Part shown: positions 11,451 to 24,600 of the stretch, in pieces
Numbering within the stretch: position 1 is the stretch's first letter
How the letters are laid out: each line of letters opens with the position of its first letter
Assembly: GCA_965603825.1 (NCBI GenBank)
Contig: CBFDEM010000016.1
Span: forward strand, 434,001-498,000
From: Blepharisma stoltei ATCC 30299
Lineage: Eukaryota; Protista; Ciliophora
DNA: 64,000 bases
Direction of reading: 5' to 3'
Position numbers and translations under genes: made by a program
The notes under the pieces: model-generated
Database searches by the model: none
Seen by the model: only the letters and a program-made list of their open reading frames with translations
Told to the model about the DNA's origin: nothing

Positions 11451-12500
11451 ATGGGTGAAAAATTCTATGCTGTTTTACTTTTTATTTCTCTATCGTTAGT
11501 TCTATCAAAGGACTTACCTAATAACCCCAACTGTCCTATTTACACCTGCAAGACTTCAGGCCAATCCTTTGTGAATTCAACCTGCATCTTTTATACTCAA
11601 ACAGCTAAAAATCCTACATACTTTATCAATGCATGCTCATCTGTTAAAGCTCCATACTGCACGCCTTCAGTCATGGCAAACTCCACATGTGAAGCAAACC
11701 TTCCTAGCCCTCCTCTTAATGCTTGGCCAGGTGAAAAGTGCCGTTCATCATCGGACTGCAATTCTCTTCACGCACCTAGAGGCTGTGTAAGCGGGATATG
11801 TGTAGGATCCCAAGTCAATGAAGTTTGCTATACAAATGATGACTGCAACCCTGGCTTACGCTGCCTAAATCAAATTTGTACCCCACAAATCCCGATTGGC
11901 CAATCACAATGCACAAGTGACTATGACTGCGTAAATAGTGCTGGCTGCAATGTAGCAGATACCCCTCAAAACAGTGTGTGTACACCTTATTTTTCAATTT
12001 CTTCACACCTCCCTGTGGGCGATTGCACTGCAGATAATGTTTCTTATCTCTGCAATTCAGGTCTCTGCATGGACAATAATGGAGTCTATGAATGCATGAA
12101 TTTATTGTCCTCAAAAGAATTTCCAAATATTTGCCAAGTCGATGGAGACTGCTATTCAACTCGTGACGATTTTTTCCCGAATGGGATTTTGTATGGGACT
12201 TGCTATTGCGGGTATAATCCGACAGCTACGAGTTATTGCTCAATTTTCCCTGGAGATAAACCTTATTTACAAGTGACAGCTTATTTAAAGAAATGGATTC
12301 AGTCAAGTAATATTAACAGCTGCAATACGATGAGAAGATTTGATATACAGTGCATGAGCGATTGGTGGGAGAAAAAAGAGTTCAATTATTATTACTATTA
12401 TTTGCTGAGTGCTGATTTGTGGCCGCTTATTGAAGGATCTGAGAAATGTACTCAGGAGGTTTATTTAGCTAATTGGTACCAAGCCAAGAAGAATACATAA
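11451..12500 (+). CDS. Secreted cysteine-rich repeat protein, paralog of 62687..63760
   Basis: Signal peptide, many spaced Cys, shared motifs PGExC, CxPGLRC, DYDC, CGxNP, CNTxRRF; no hydrophobic C-terminus. Confidence 0.8.
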   Translation: MGEKFYAVLLFISLSLVLSKDLPNNPNCPIYTCKTSGQSFVNSTCIFYTQTAKNPTYFINACSSVKAPYCTPSVMANSTCEANLPSPPLNAWPGEKCRSSSDCNSLHAPRGCVSGICVGSQVNEVCYTNDDCNPGLRCLNQICTPQIPIGQSQCTSDYDCVNSAGCNVADTPQNSVCTPYFSISSHLPVGDCTADNVSYLCNSGLCMDNNGVYECMNLLSSKEFPNICQVDGDCYSTRDDFFPNGILYGTCYCGYNPTATSYCSIFPGDKPYLQVTAYLKKWIQSSNINSCNTMRRFDIQCMSDWWEKKEFNYYYYYLLSADLWPLIEGSEKCTQEVYLANWYQAKKNT

Positions 12501-12969
12501 ACTAAACTTAATTCAATTGATTTCCTTTAATTATTTTGAAGCTTCATAAGTGAGATTTAAATATATGGATTAAATAGGCCTAAATTTCCAGTATCATTTT
12601 GATAAATCAACTCAATTACGACTTTTATAATTAAACTTAATATCTCTAAATATAATTCTGTTTACATTATAAAATATATAAGTATATAAAATGACAAGGA
12701 TAAAGAATTGATTTCTTCTCTAATAATTTAAAATATTAGAAATTCTAATTTATGATATTTAACTAGATCGCTAATTAAATAAAGCATATGCTTTCATATG
12801 CGAAGCCAGGTAAAGTTTTATATATCATAATTTATTACATATTTATACAAATTCCAAATCTGCCTTGAAATTCTCTTTATTATACAATTATTAATCAATA
12901 AATTCTTTTATACGATTTTGTTTAAATCAGCTTATGCTTTTATCAGTTTAAGCTAAAGTCTTAGATTAT

Positions 12970-13155
12970 TTATTTTTTCTTTCCAGATGGTAGCTTAGTT
13001 TCAACAAATAAGACATGTCTGTTCACAATTGGATCAAATTTTATGAACGACAGCTTTCTTGCAGCATATTTGGTGCTTTTTTGAAAAACTTTGTAGTATC
13101 CTGTTTCAGCTGTACTCATTAGTTTGCACATTATATGTCTTGCTTTTGGACCCAT
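12970..13155 (-). CDS. MRPL33: Mitochondrial ribosomal protein bL33m
   Basis: KLMSTAETGYY...KLSFIKFDPIVNRHVLFVE, 61 aa. Confidence 0.9.
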   Translation of the reverse strand: MGPKARHIMCKLMSTAETGYYKVFQKSTKYAARKLSFIKFDPIVNRHVLFVETKLPSGKKK

Positions 13156-13187
13156 ATTTTTTATAAAAACTTGTAAGAATTTTAATT

Positions 13188-13853
13188 ATGGATCCAGGCC
13201 AAGTTACCAACACACAGCCTCAAGGTATTGGAGTCCTTCCTTCAGCTCATATGAAAAAATTCAAAATCGTATTTTTAGGAGACTTAGGGGTAGGGAAAAC
13301 TTCAATAATAAACCAATTTATGTATGGGACTTTCGATCCTAACCATCAGCCAACGATAGGCATCGATTTTTTATCGAAAACAATGTATATTGATGACAGA
13401 ACTTTTCGATTGCAGCTTTGGGATACTGCAGGACAAGAAAGATTTCGCTCGCTGATCCCTAATTATATCAGAGACTGCACTGTTGCTGTTATTGTTTTTG
13501 ATATTACTCAGAGATCAAGTTTTTTAAGCTTAGATAAATGGGTAGAAGATGTCAAAACTGAAAGAGGCGGGGACGTAGTAATTGCTATTGTTGCCAATAA
13601 AAGTGATTTACTCGAAAAAAGAGCTGTCAGCTATGAAGAAGCTGAAGAAAAAGCTAAAAACTTAAATGTTTTATTTGTTGAAGTCAGCGCAAAGACAGGA
13701 AATAATGTTAAACTTCTCTTTGGGACGCTATCTAAATATTTGCCTGGGATGCAAGACATTTCTATGTCAAATGCAGCAGAGTTTGGAGGAAATGGATTTA
13801 AGCTGGAGCCAACTCCTCAACCGAAGGAAAAAGCAGATAAATGCAAATGTTAA
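13188..13853 (+). CDS. RAB6: Rab6-family small GTPase
   Basis: [45 protein letters not shown]-terminal CKC. Confidence 0.9.
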   Translation: MDPGQVTNTQPQGIGVLPSAHMKKFKIVFLGDLGVGKTSIINQFMYGTFDPNHQPTIGIDFLSKTMYIDDRTFRLQLWDTAGQERFRSLIPNYIRDCTVAVIVFDITQRSSFLSLDKWVEDVKTERGGDVVIAIVANKSDLLEKRAVSYEEAEEKAKNLNVLFVEVSAKTGNNVKLLFGTLSKYLPGMQDISMSNAAEFGGNGFKLEPTPQPKEKADKCKC

Positions 13854-13943
13854 GGATTAATTTACTTCTAGTAAAAAAAATTCATGGATCTATAAATTTG
13901 TAATCATCAAAAGAATTTATTAAAATTTTGAAATGTATAGATA

Positions 13944-16391
13944 TTAGTTGTCAATAGATATAGAAGGCGTCCTACTCATAGCTTTCTTAGTTGACCCAAA
14001 TTCTGAAGCTGCACTTCTTCCCATCCTTTTAATTTTTTTGATTTTCATTTCTAAATCTTTAAAGTTCCTATAGGCTTCAGTTTTCTCTTCAATTTTTGGC
14101 AAATTGGGCATTGAAGAAGCGTTTTTTGTATGCTTTGAGATCTGTTTCTTTGATCTTGTAGATAACAGAGCAGTGTCATCAACAGGGGTTTCTCTTCTTG
14201 TGGGCTGCTCAGCTGTTGAGCTTCCAGTTTCAGAGTCAGATTTTATATCAGGGGTTTTATCGACTTTCGATCTCAACTTTTTAAGGAAATTTTCAGACTC
14301 TTCTTGAAGCTCCAACCTGTCGTTTTTCTTTCTTGAGTGCTCTTTAAGCTTAAACTGTATAACATTTTTGAGCAATTGATCGATTGATGAAAAGTTTGCT
14401 TGGCTTCCTGATTTTAATTTAGCTAAACTTAATACTGAGTGTATAGCTTTCTTTTTTTGAAGGGTTTCTACATCGACTTTATCATACTCTGCTTTTATCT
14501 CTCTTGATACTTTTAGTGCTACAGATAGAGCAGAAGAAAGAGAGTCTAAGCTAGTTGCAAACTTATTCCTTAGATTATTCGAAGCTTCTGGGTATAGAAG
14601 ATTAAGCAATTCTTCATAATACATCTCAGTGTCCCCAGAAAAATTTTCAATTGTTGCTTTTATGTCAGATTTTTCTATGAAATACTGAAAAATATAAGAC
14701 CTTAAAATTTCATTCGCAAAATTTTCTGCCTTATCTTGGGTTGCTTGGAATTTCTGCATAAAAGCATCTATAATATCTTGCTTTGTATATGTTTTTTGTG
14801 GATTATGAGGGGTTTCAGTGCCAAAATCCATTCTCACTTTAGATATAGGAGATGCAGCAGGAGATTTAGAAGTATTCATTCTTCTAGTATTAGATCTGTG
14901 TATATGCGTTAATGATCTCTTATTACTAAATGACCGAGGTGCCATATCTTCTTGCAGTTCCTTATATGTTTTTTTAGATCTTGCCAAATAAATACTCATC
15001 ACTTCATCCTGTGGGCATTTAGCTGCAATATACTCCATTTTGTCTCAAATTTGTGAAAATGCAGTCACAATAAACTTGACAGCATATACTTCGAACTTTT
15101 CATAATCCTCAATTAGCTCAGATCTTGCTGTATCTTCTCCTATTAAATCAATAGAAGTTAACAGCTCATTAGTAGTGATTGCTTCTCTTTTGGTAAGGGA
15201 AATCGCTCTTTCTTTGATTTTGCCCATAGAGTTTGAATCTTGAATTTCTGCTTTAATTTGTTTAAGCTGCATAGTAATTTCGTCACATTTGTCCCTTAAA
15301 TTAATATGGACTTTTGTTAAATCTTCAAACCTTCTTTGTAGCTGTGACTCTATATTTACCATTCTCGTTAGTGCTCCGGCTATTTCTTGAGGAGTATAAG
15401 AATCAACTATTTGTGGGTCAGCGTTTAAACAGTTAGACTGTTTCACGATGCTAAATATAGGTTACTCTTTAATTTTATTGAACTCTTCTGTATAAAACCT
15501 CAGCTGATTTTTAAAATTTTCATTCATTTCTTTAAGATTTATGTATTCTTTTAAAGCAGTTGTCATTTCACTATCATAATTATTTTTATTCTCCATGACT
15601 TCTTCTACATTTGCAAATTTTTCGGAAACTCTTTGAGTCAAGCTTGATACAGAATGCTTAAGTTTCACTTCTTTTTTCTTTAAATTCGTCAATTTCTCAT
15701 TGCGGAGGGACCTTTCTTTTCCACTTTCATTTTTGCAGCTCTGCACTTCATGGACTGCAAAAATTAATTGATTGTCAGCTTGAACGTGGGAGTCAATGAC
15801 GTCTTTTTCATATCTTTTTAGATGCGAAAAAACTTCTCTGATATCTTCAACTTTATTGTGAATTTTTATCTATGTAAATAATACATAAACTTGTTTCCCA
15901 TTTGCCTTCATATATTCAAGCTGTTCGGTTATGTGGTTTTCTTCTTCAATTTTCGAATAAATGTTTTGCAGCTCTGTGTTCATTTTAGAAATGAGTTCTT
16001 CTTGTTCGTCAATTGACAATTTAAACCCTGTTGCAAGAGATTGCTGATAATGGTGTAACGATGCTCGAGAATCTGGGGTGCAGGACTGCTTCAAGTCATT
16101 GCTTTTTCTGTATGATTTGACAAGAGAGATTTCTGTTTTCAACCTGCTGAGGATTTCAATTTTTTGAGAATTTTGAAATGAAAGAAAATTATACTCAGAT
16201 TTTAATTTTGGAATTTCTGAAAGCTCAATTGGAGCTTCTGTTATGTATTTTTGAGAAATGGAAAACCCGTCTTCAAGTTTTTCCTTGATTGATTGGATTC
16301 TTGTGTCTCTTTTAGTCTCTGAGCTGCTTTTTCTTGATTTTTCGCTTTGAGAAAATAATGCATCAGGCCTGAAATAAGTTAAATTGTTCAT
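13944..16391 (-). CDS. Coiled-coil protein, unknown function (about 805 aa, two 15-nt introns)
   Basis: Four same-frame ORFs joined by introns 15870-15884 and 15451-15465 and TGA=W at 15045; likely ATG at 16391 (MNNLTYF). Confidence 0.7.
15451..15465 (-). other. 15-nt spliceosomal intron GTAACCTATATTTAG
   Basis: Removes in-frame TAA and keeps frame; A at -6. Confidence 0.85.
15870..15884 (-). other. 15-nt spliceosomal intron GTATTATTTACATAG
   Basis: Removes in-frame TAG and keeps frame; A at -6. Confidence 0.85.
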
Positions 16392-16506
16392 TTTTATATA
16401 ACTTTTGCAACTCAAAACCTTTTTAATAGGCCAAAAGAACAGAATTTTAAATAAAAAGTATGTAGGCAATTTTATAATTTAAATTTGATAATTATTTTTT
16501 TAATTA

Positions 16507-17781
16507 ATGGAAGAGTCTAAATTGAGGGGAAGAGAAAATTTTACTGAACTAAAAGTTGATACTAAAAAATATTTAGATCCTTCAGTAGACTTGTGGGAAG
16601 AAATTCGCCCAGCAAGAAAACACCCTGCAAGGAGGAGCTATCATTCAGCTTCAGTATGGCAAAACCGAATGTTCATTTATGGAGGCCAAGACTTAAGGGA
16701 AGGCCCTCAGAGAGGCTTTTGGGAACTCCATTTGACAACGTCTAGATGGGATGAAGACAATTGAGAAGAATTGCCTACAGAAGGTCAAGGTCCTCTATGC
16801 AGACATTCAGCTATTGTAAACGATGATAATATGTATATTTTTGGTGGTAGTGATGGGATAACTGAATACAACACCACATTGATTTATAACTTTGCGAATC
16901 GCTCATGGTCACGAATTAATCCAGAGCGTCCAACTTGTCCTCCACCTCTTGATTCTCATACAGCTGCTTTATATGATGATGGTGCAAACTGCTATATGGT
17001 TGTGTTTGGCGGATATGTGTCCGGAGACAGATCGAATGAAACTTATGTGCTTAATTTGAATGCAGCTAAGTGAAGGCAAGTTCCTTTGTCGTCTCCAGCT
17101 CCTGAAGCTAGGGCCAATCATGCTTGTGCTGTATATGGGGATTACTTTTATATTTTTGGTGGATCAAATGATGAAGGAGAAAAACTCAATGATATATGAA
17201 AATTAAATCTGAAAACTGATACATGGGAGCAGATTAATGCCCAAGGTGATATTCCTTCAGGAAGATCAGGACATTCTGCAGTTGTATTTAAAGAATTCTT
17301 AATAATTTTCGGAGGAATGAAAGATATAACAAGAGAAACCAATGAAATGTTTTCGTTTAGTTTTGAAAGGAACCTTTGGGCTTGCTTTCAAGAGGAGCAT
17401 CAAGTAAAAGACCCTGTGACTGCAGAACAGCTTGAAGAATACAAAAAATCAAAAGCAAGCCCAACTATGCCAAGACCTAAAAATGAATGTAATAGTCCAA
17501 CAAGAAGTCCAATAAAAAGAACAACAACGAATACCTCTCCTCATGGAGAAAGCTCGCCTAGTAGACGAAAAACTTTATATGATGGCCCTGCAACCCCAAT
17601 TTCAGGGCGTATCAGAGGTAATGCTCCACATGCTCGTGATGGCCATTCTGCTGTAATATTGGGCAACACTATGATGATTTTTGGGGGAGATAGACATCAA
17701 ATGCCTTTTAATGACGTTTATGCATATACACTAGTAGAAAATGTAGTAGCAGCTCCAGTTTTAAATAATTTAATCAATTAA
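16507..17781 (+). CDS. Kelch-repeat beta-propeller protein (424 aa)
   Basis: Repeats RxxHS...YGG/FGG; TGA=W at 16762, 17071, 17197 at Kelch Trp positions (NDI-W-KL). Confidence 0.9.
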
Positions 17782-18112
17782 AAGAAAATTTATATTATTT
17801 GCTAATAAAACCCACGATTATAGAAAATTAATTACGTCAAAATCTTTCTTGATTAATTGATTTTATTATTTTTAAGATCTTTTAGCAAATGGATGTATAT
17901 AGAAAGTTTAAAATGCCATAATTCTCTAAGCTTTTATCTGATAACAAATGTGTGAACTTTGATAATATGCTTCTAATATTTTACAAAGCAAATTCAAAAG
18001 CACAGTTTATATTAAAAAAGTAGAAAAATAAGAACTATAATGATATATCAAAGGTATTTTTCTCACTTAAGACTTGAATGACAATTTAATTTCTATTCCA
18101 GAATAAGAATAA

Positions 18113-18472
18113 ATGGCAACATTAAAGGCAGAAGCTCTTTTTAATGCAATGGGTGATCATCTCAGAGCAACAGGGGCAAAATTGGTCAAGCAAATAGGCG
18201 CAATTTACCATCTTGAAATTCTTCCAAAGCCAGGAGATGAGCCTGTTGTCTTTACGATTGATCTCAAAAATGGATCTGGATCAATGACCAAAGGAAGAGT
18301 CGGGTCTGCTGATGCAACTTTCACTATGACTGATGATAACTTCATGGCTATTGCACAAGGAAGGATAAATCCACAAGTTGCTTTTATGCAAGGAAAGATG
18401 AAAATCAAAGGAGATATGGCCCATGCAACAAAATTCACTCCTGACATTTTGCCTAAAACCCCTAAACTTTAA
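18113..18472 (+). CDS. SCP2 sterol-carrier domain protein
   Basis: FTIDLKNGSG, ADATFTM, INPQVAFMQGKMKIKGD; ends PKL (possible PTS1 variant). Confidence 0.9.
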   Translation: MATLKAEALFNAMGDHLRATGAKLVKQIGAIYHLEILPKPGDEPVVFTIDLKNGSGSMTKGRVGSADATFTMTDDNFMAIAQGRINPQVAFMQGKMKIKGDMAHATKFTPDILPKTPKL

Positions 18473-19086
18473 ATAAACCTTAGGATTAAAAAAGTTAAGA
18501 TTTTTTATAATCTGTTTCAGTTTGTGAATATCTTTAGTCTTAAAGTAAGCCTATCCGATTTGATTTGTTTCAAGATGACTAGCAGTAAGTTTCATGCAGC
18601 AAAAAAATTTAAATAATCTTTTCTAATTTATTTAAAGAATAATGATCATAAAAAAGAAACTATTTTTTCAGATATAATAAAATATAATGCTGCTTATTAT
18701 ATAATTTTAGATATATTTTATGTATTTTTTATAAGTATTTTTAGTTTTTTTAATAACTGTTAATTACATTCTATTAGACTATTGCCATAAAAAGATGCTC
18801 GCAGATTCTTTTTTAACAAAATTATTTGATAAAGAGGATTTAAATGAGCTCAACTAGATATTTTTAAGGATAATTTTATCAATGTTAAAAATTAATCAGA
18901 TTTTAACTAAATCCTGAATTGAGATAAATTAAATTGTATTCTGTTCTATTAACTAATAAGGGCTAAATAAAAAAATTCATATTTTTCACTGTTATTTACT
19001 TACTTGCTTAAAAGAAAATGCAGTCCAGTTTTTAATATTCTGACATAATCAATATGGGCAATATATAAAATTAATTTTAAATAGGG

Positions 19087-19323
19087 ATGAGTATTCAACA
19101 AGGATCCAAACTACTTACAATCAATTTAAGAAAGCTTGAGCACCCATTAGTTTCAAGAGTTAAATTCGATATCGGCGATTCAAGCCCTCCGATGGCAGTT
19201 GGAGACAAGTTTCAGCCTTCACATGGCAAGATAATGAAACTTGAAAAAGAAAAAAAACTTAGTTTTAAAGAATTCTCAGAATTCATGATTGCTCAAAGAG
19301 AGATCACGGTATCTAAGAACTAA
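19087..19323 (+). CDS. Hypothetical 78-aa protein
   Basis: ATG-TAA ORF with higher GC than its very AT-rich flanks; no motif recognised. Confidence 0.4.
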   Translation: MSIQQGSKLLTINLRKLEHPLVSRVKFDIGDSSPPMAVGDKFQPSHGKIMKLEKEKKLSFKEFSEFMIAQREITVSKN

Positions 19324-20089
19324 TGTAACAAAATCTTCTTTCAAAACGAATTATTTAATAATATTATGATTTTCAATCATGATTGCAAAAAATTTTTTAT
19401 TTCACATAATTTAGAATAGGATTTAAACAAAGTTTTTAGGCAATTAATTTTCTAAATTAGATGATTGAGAAAATCAATTGATTCGACTAAAATGTAGCAA
19501 AAATTTTGTTTTTAAATTAGAAAAGCAATTAAAATGGGATTATGCTTTCCAGTAATTTGCCTTTTTTAAAATTTAATTATCTCAAAGGCAAGTGTATTGA
19601 TTTTAAAGGTCTATTTGCTTGTATAGCATTAATATTCAATAACATGAAAAAAAATCGATTACTAAATAAATAATTCAAAATAATGACTTTATCAAGAAGA
19701 AAAATTAATTTTGATATAAATTTTTTAGTTAATAAATAGATTTAAATAAATCTAAAATATTTTAATTGCTTGTATGAAAGGCAAAATTTTTTGGTTTCAA
19801 ATTCTAAACTCTCTTTTAATTTTTATTACTTAGAATATTTTGGATCTTTTAAATAATCCCTTAAAGTAAGAAATTTAGTATTTCAATTTTTAATAGAATT
19901 AAAGGCAAAATTGCAGTTTCTAATTGCTCAATTTAAAAGATATATTTCCCTTTAAGTATTTTTCCTAAATTTAAAAGATTTTGATAATCCTGCCTTTTGT
20001 TTGTTTCTTTTGGGGATTAAAGCATTATCTGCAGCTTTATTAAACTAAAGAAGTCTAACATTCGCGAAACAATCTGAGAAGAAAATAAA

Positions 20090-21197
20090 ATGGAAGATCA
20101 GACTATCACCCTAACTATAAAAGCAAGCTCAAGTACTGAGGAAAACAAAGTTCAAGCGCAGCTTTCATGGAGTGTTGGGCAATTAAAAGCCGAGTGTTCT
20201 AATAAAATGAACATACCTGTCGAGCAAATTAGACTTGTTTATAGAGGTATCAATCCATTTAGGCAAAATTCTAAAAGATGAGACAGTTCTAAAAACTCTT
20301 GGCATCGCTGATGGTCATTCTGTCCATTTAGTTAAAAGTCCAGCTAAAAACGCTCAAAGCCAGCCATCACAACCTGCTCAGTCAGCCCAATCAGCTCCAG
20401 CGTCTCAAAGTGCCCCATCTCCAAGCTCAAACCCTTCCGCAAGCCAGCCAGCACCGTTTTCAGGTAGTCCTGATTTATCTGGGTTTGGAGGCATGCCAAG
20501 CTTCCCTGGAATGGGCGGAATGGGCGGTATGGGAAGTATGGGTGGAATGGGTGGCTTAGGAATGAATCCACAGATGATGCAGCAGATGATGGGTGATCCT
20601 CAGACCCAGCAAATGCTAATCAACATGATGTCAAACCCTCAAGTCATGGAAATGGTCATCAACTCAAACCCAATGCTAAAACAAATGCTTGATGCAAATC
20701 CTCAGATGAGAGAAATGCTGAGAAACCCAGCCATGCTACAAAGCATTTTTTCTATGATGAGAGGAGGAATGGTTCCAGGAATGGGAATGCCAGGTATGGG
20801 AATGCCTGGGATGGGAATGCCAGGAATGGGCATGATAGGTCAACCACCAAGTACAAATCCATCAGTACCTCAAAATCAGCCATCAACTCAGCCGACCCAG
20901 ACAACCCCTCCGCAGCCTTCTCAACCAGGACAAGGGATGCCGGGATTTGGAATGGGATATCCTTATGGCGGAATGGGACCTTATGGAGGAGGAATGGGAG
21001 GATTTGGAATGATGCCGGGGTATGGAGCTTTTAGCCAGCCTCCTGCTCCACAGCAAAATCCTAGTGAAGTATATGCTGTTCAAATCCAACAGATTAAAGA
21101 TATGGGATTTTATAATGAAACCCTAATTATTCAAGCACTGCAAGCAACTGGAGGTAATGTAGAAGCGGCTGTTGAGAGATTATTAAGTAGCTTATAA
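20090..21197 (+). CDS. UBQLN: Ubiquilin/Dsk2 (UBL-STI1-UBA), 363 aa, one 16-nt intron
   Basis: Splicing restores LVYRGKILKD; Met/Asn-Pro STI1 region; UBA DMGF...ALQATGGNVEAAVERL. Confidence 0.92.
20247..20262 (+). other. 16-nt spliceosomal intron GTATCAATCCATTTAG
   Basis: Explains the +1 frame change between the two ubiquilin ORFs exactly; A at -6. Confidence 0.93.
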
Positions 21198-21295
21198 CTT
21201 CGATTTAACAATTATTACTTCTAATTTAACCATAAATAACACAAGCAGCGCTAATATTTAATTTTTTCCTATATACTTTTAAGGGATTTAAATTA

Positions 21296-21625
21296 TTAAT
21301 AGCTTGATTTTCTATATAACTTCGCAAGATAATCTTTTCGATCTTTCATAGAATTCCTAACTGTTTCAAGCTCTTGCTTAAGTTTTAATTGTTTTTCTTC
21401 AATATTCTTGACAAGAAATTGTATTTTGAAATCTGTGACAGATGGATAGCAGAGATAATGGCTTTTCCATTCAACTTTGCCCAAGTCTCCATCAATGCTT
21501 TTAACGATTCTTTCATATCGGATTTTTACTGCAAAAAAATGCTTTCGGATCATATAACCTCTGAAAACAGCTTGAATGAGTTGGGCTGCTTTTTCACGCT
21601 TTAAATTTATATAATAGTCTTTCAT
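21296..21625 (-). CDS. IQ-motif protein, IQCC-like (109 aa)
   Basis: LIQAVFRGYMIRK then YERIVKSIDGDLGKVEW and RKDYL, recalling IQCC conserved blocks. Confidence 0.7.
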   Translation of the reverse strand: MKDYYINLKREKAAQLIQAVFRGYMIRKHFFAVKIRYERIVKSIDGDLGKVEWKSHYLCYPSVTDFKIQFLVKNIEEKQLKLKQELETVRNSMKDRKDYLAKLYRKSSY

Positions 21626-21648
21626 TAAAATTATTATGAGGAAAATTA

Positions 21649-24600
21649 CTATCGATTGCTTTCTCTGCCTCTCAGCATCGCCGCAATTTTTTTCTGTTCT
21701 TCCATTTGTCTTCTTATAGTTTCTATAGTATTTGCAAGCTCTGCATGCTTTTTATCCATCATCTCTAAGGTAATTTCAATATTCCTTATATGGAGCACAT
21801 CTAAAGGTCCTCCAGAAACTCCAGAATCCTTTGGAACGGTGACATCTCCTATCGTAATTGATCCCATTTCATCTTGGAAATTTTTCAATCCTTTAGATAG
21901 CCAAGGGACATTAATAAATCTTACTCTTTTTATATAATCTTCTGTATATTCTTCGTTAGGCTGCTTAGGTAGCAATCTTCTCATTTTTGGAATATTAATA
22001 ACGGTATGCTTTAGTGATTCTGAAAATTGAACTAAAAAATCAGTAGCTCTTTGTTTTCTTTCAATAAGGTCTTTAGTTGAAATATCTTTATCAATAATAT
22101 CATAAGCCATCCAATTCTCAACGAATTCATTAACTGTTATTTCATCATAAACCATATCTTCCAGTACTCTATGGACATTTTTTATCATTTCTTGATTAAT
22201 GACTCTTGATATTTTGACTTTTTCCTGCTCCTCTTTCGGGTCCTTATGAACATAATAAATGTTAGCCCAAAAATCATAGCAGTCTCTTAAAACAGCCCAA
22301 AGTAAGCAAGGAATTCCAATGAAAAACCAAATAATACACCTAAGAATATTGTATTTATATACCAATTTTTCTATTTTTAAAGTATCCATTCTTTTTATTT
22401 TACCTCCACCTATTTTTCTGATTCTTGAATTTTCTATTTTTTTGCTTTCTTTAGGATAAAATATAAATGCCTTAAAATATAAAAATAACAGCAAAAACAA
22501 AGAATGGACTACAAATACTACAAATTGAGGGAGTGCAAAAAACAGATAAAAAACCTTAGCCACTCTGATGTTTCATTTTTTTGGGTCCCTGGAAAATAGA
22601 ATAAAAGGAGAAGCCAAGAGTACTAAAAACGATAATGGAGATGGTGCGAAAATTAATCCTCCATATGTTTCATCCCATACCCATCTATCATAATAGGCAA
22701 TCACAACAGCTCGATGCTCTGCATCTACTAAAGCTTCTACTTCATAGTACACATTGCAAACCATCGCAATCAGGATGTTTAGTAGGACTGCATATGAAAT
22801 AAGTACATATCCACCCAGTAGCAAAGCTCCTATTGTTTTCTGATCTCCGAAATTATCAAAGCTGAAATTTAATAATGTCGCTGAAAATAAGTTTCTTACT
22901 GAGTAAGTAAAATCTGGAAAATCTGGGTTTGTTTCAGAAAATAAACAGGCAAATATAGCTGCAAAACAAAAAATCAGTGAGAACCATAAAACAAAAAAGT
23001 GGATAATTTGAGTGATAACTATATAAATCATTTGTAGAATTGGACCGAATGCTTTGTGAGTTAGGAGAACTCCCATAAAGCGGAGTCATATCAATGTGAC
23101 TACTATTGAATGCATGCACGCATTAAATAGCACAGGGTCTGCATCTGGGTATCTATTTCCTTCACCCATATATTTTTTCCCCAAAGACATAGATATAAGT
23201 ATCATACATCCGAACATAATAATGTCTAGCATCCTCCAATTATCAAAAGTGTATCCTCTTCCTGTTTTCCATCCAAAAATATACTGCTGGATTTGCTCCG
23301 TTATTATCCCAAAAATCCACACCTGCGCAATTCTCAAACAGAACTCTGAATGTGAATTATCTGTTACGTCTAAAAATGAGTTGTTCTCAATTGCATAATA
23401 AATCAGCAAGTTATAAATAATCAGCAGAAATACCGTAGAGATCCCTTGTGCCATAAACCTTAGGCTGCAAGAATCCAGCCATCTTTCAAAATGAAACATA
23501 TAAGGGACGTCTTTGTCAAGTCTTTTCAAAAATTTAAAGCAATCTTCAGAGTGTAAAGGAGCCATCAATGATTGGTGTATTGATGAAGCTTTCATGACAT
23601 CATAATACTCTTTTTCGCCATTTCATAGTTTTTGGACGATAGATCCAACTCCTTCACTTTCTAATAACTTATAAAAACCATTATCAGCTGCAATAGAAAG
23701 CACTGTACGGCCGCTTGAGTCTTGCTGGTTCATATAAAAATTCAAAAACGGCTCTTCTAGTATAGATTCTATTAAGGCAGCTCCTAAATCAATATATAGA
23801 TTAGCAGTCTCTATACATCGGTTTTGGTGCTCTAAAGAAGCTGAAGAAAGCCTTGTTAAGAACTCAGCAGTCAAAGCACAAAATAAAATTGGGGCTTGGC
23901 ATATTAAAATTTCTTTCTTTTTTACAGCCAGCTCATAGAGGTTATTTGTTAAGTCTTTGGTGTGCTCTAAGTACCATTCTTTATTAGGAATGGCATTTAG
24001 CATTTCTACAGCTTGCAAACAGGAATCACCGTTTTCAATTATTTTGATGATATCTTCTTGGATTTTTTCATCTTCCAATGCTGTGGCTGCTTCTTTGAAT
24101 CTTAGCATGTCAACACACAGCTCAAAAAGGCCTTCTTCAAATGCAGAAGTGAAATCCTTGGTGGTGATGCCTGATAAACATTTTTGGACACATTTTCTTG
24201 CCAAGCTTTGCTGGCCACTTAGCATAAGGACGTTGACAATGCCAACCTCATCACAAGCTCCTGGCCAATCAAGGACTTCATCAACTTCTTGGATCTTTTT
24301 CATGGCCAATAGCTTTTCTATAATAAACGAAACTTTTAATTTTCTAACCATTTCTCGCCTTTCATCAATATCCACCAATTCCTGATCTAATTTTTGCCAA
24401 ATCACACTGTTTTTTAGTCTAGTTTTTATAGCCGCTACTTCTTTTACTGTGTAGTTTCCAGTCCAAACAATTTTGATAAACCCTATACAAGATGTTTCTA
24501 ATGCTATGTAGATCATATTCTTATTGATGCAGTTAGGATTCATAGTAAGCATTATGCAGGCGATATGGTCTAGTTTTCTCTGTAGTGCTATTGTTATAAC

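Noticed and set aside
20500-21020. GGAATG-type tandem repeats
   Set aside because: They encode the Gly-Met-Pro low-complexity region of ubiquilin; not a CRISPR array or satellite.
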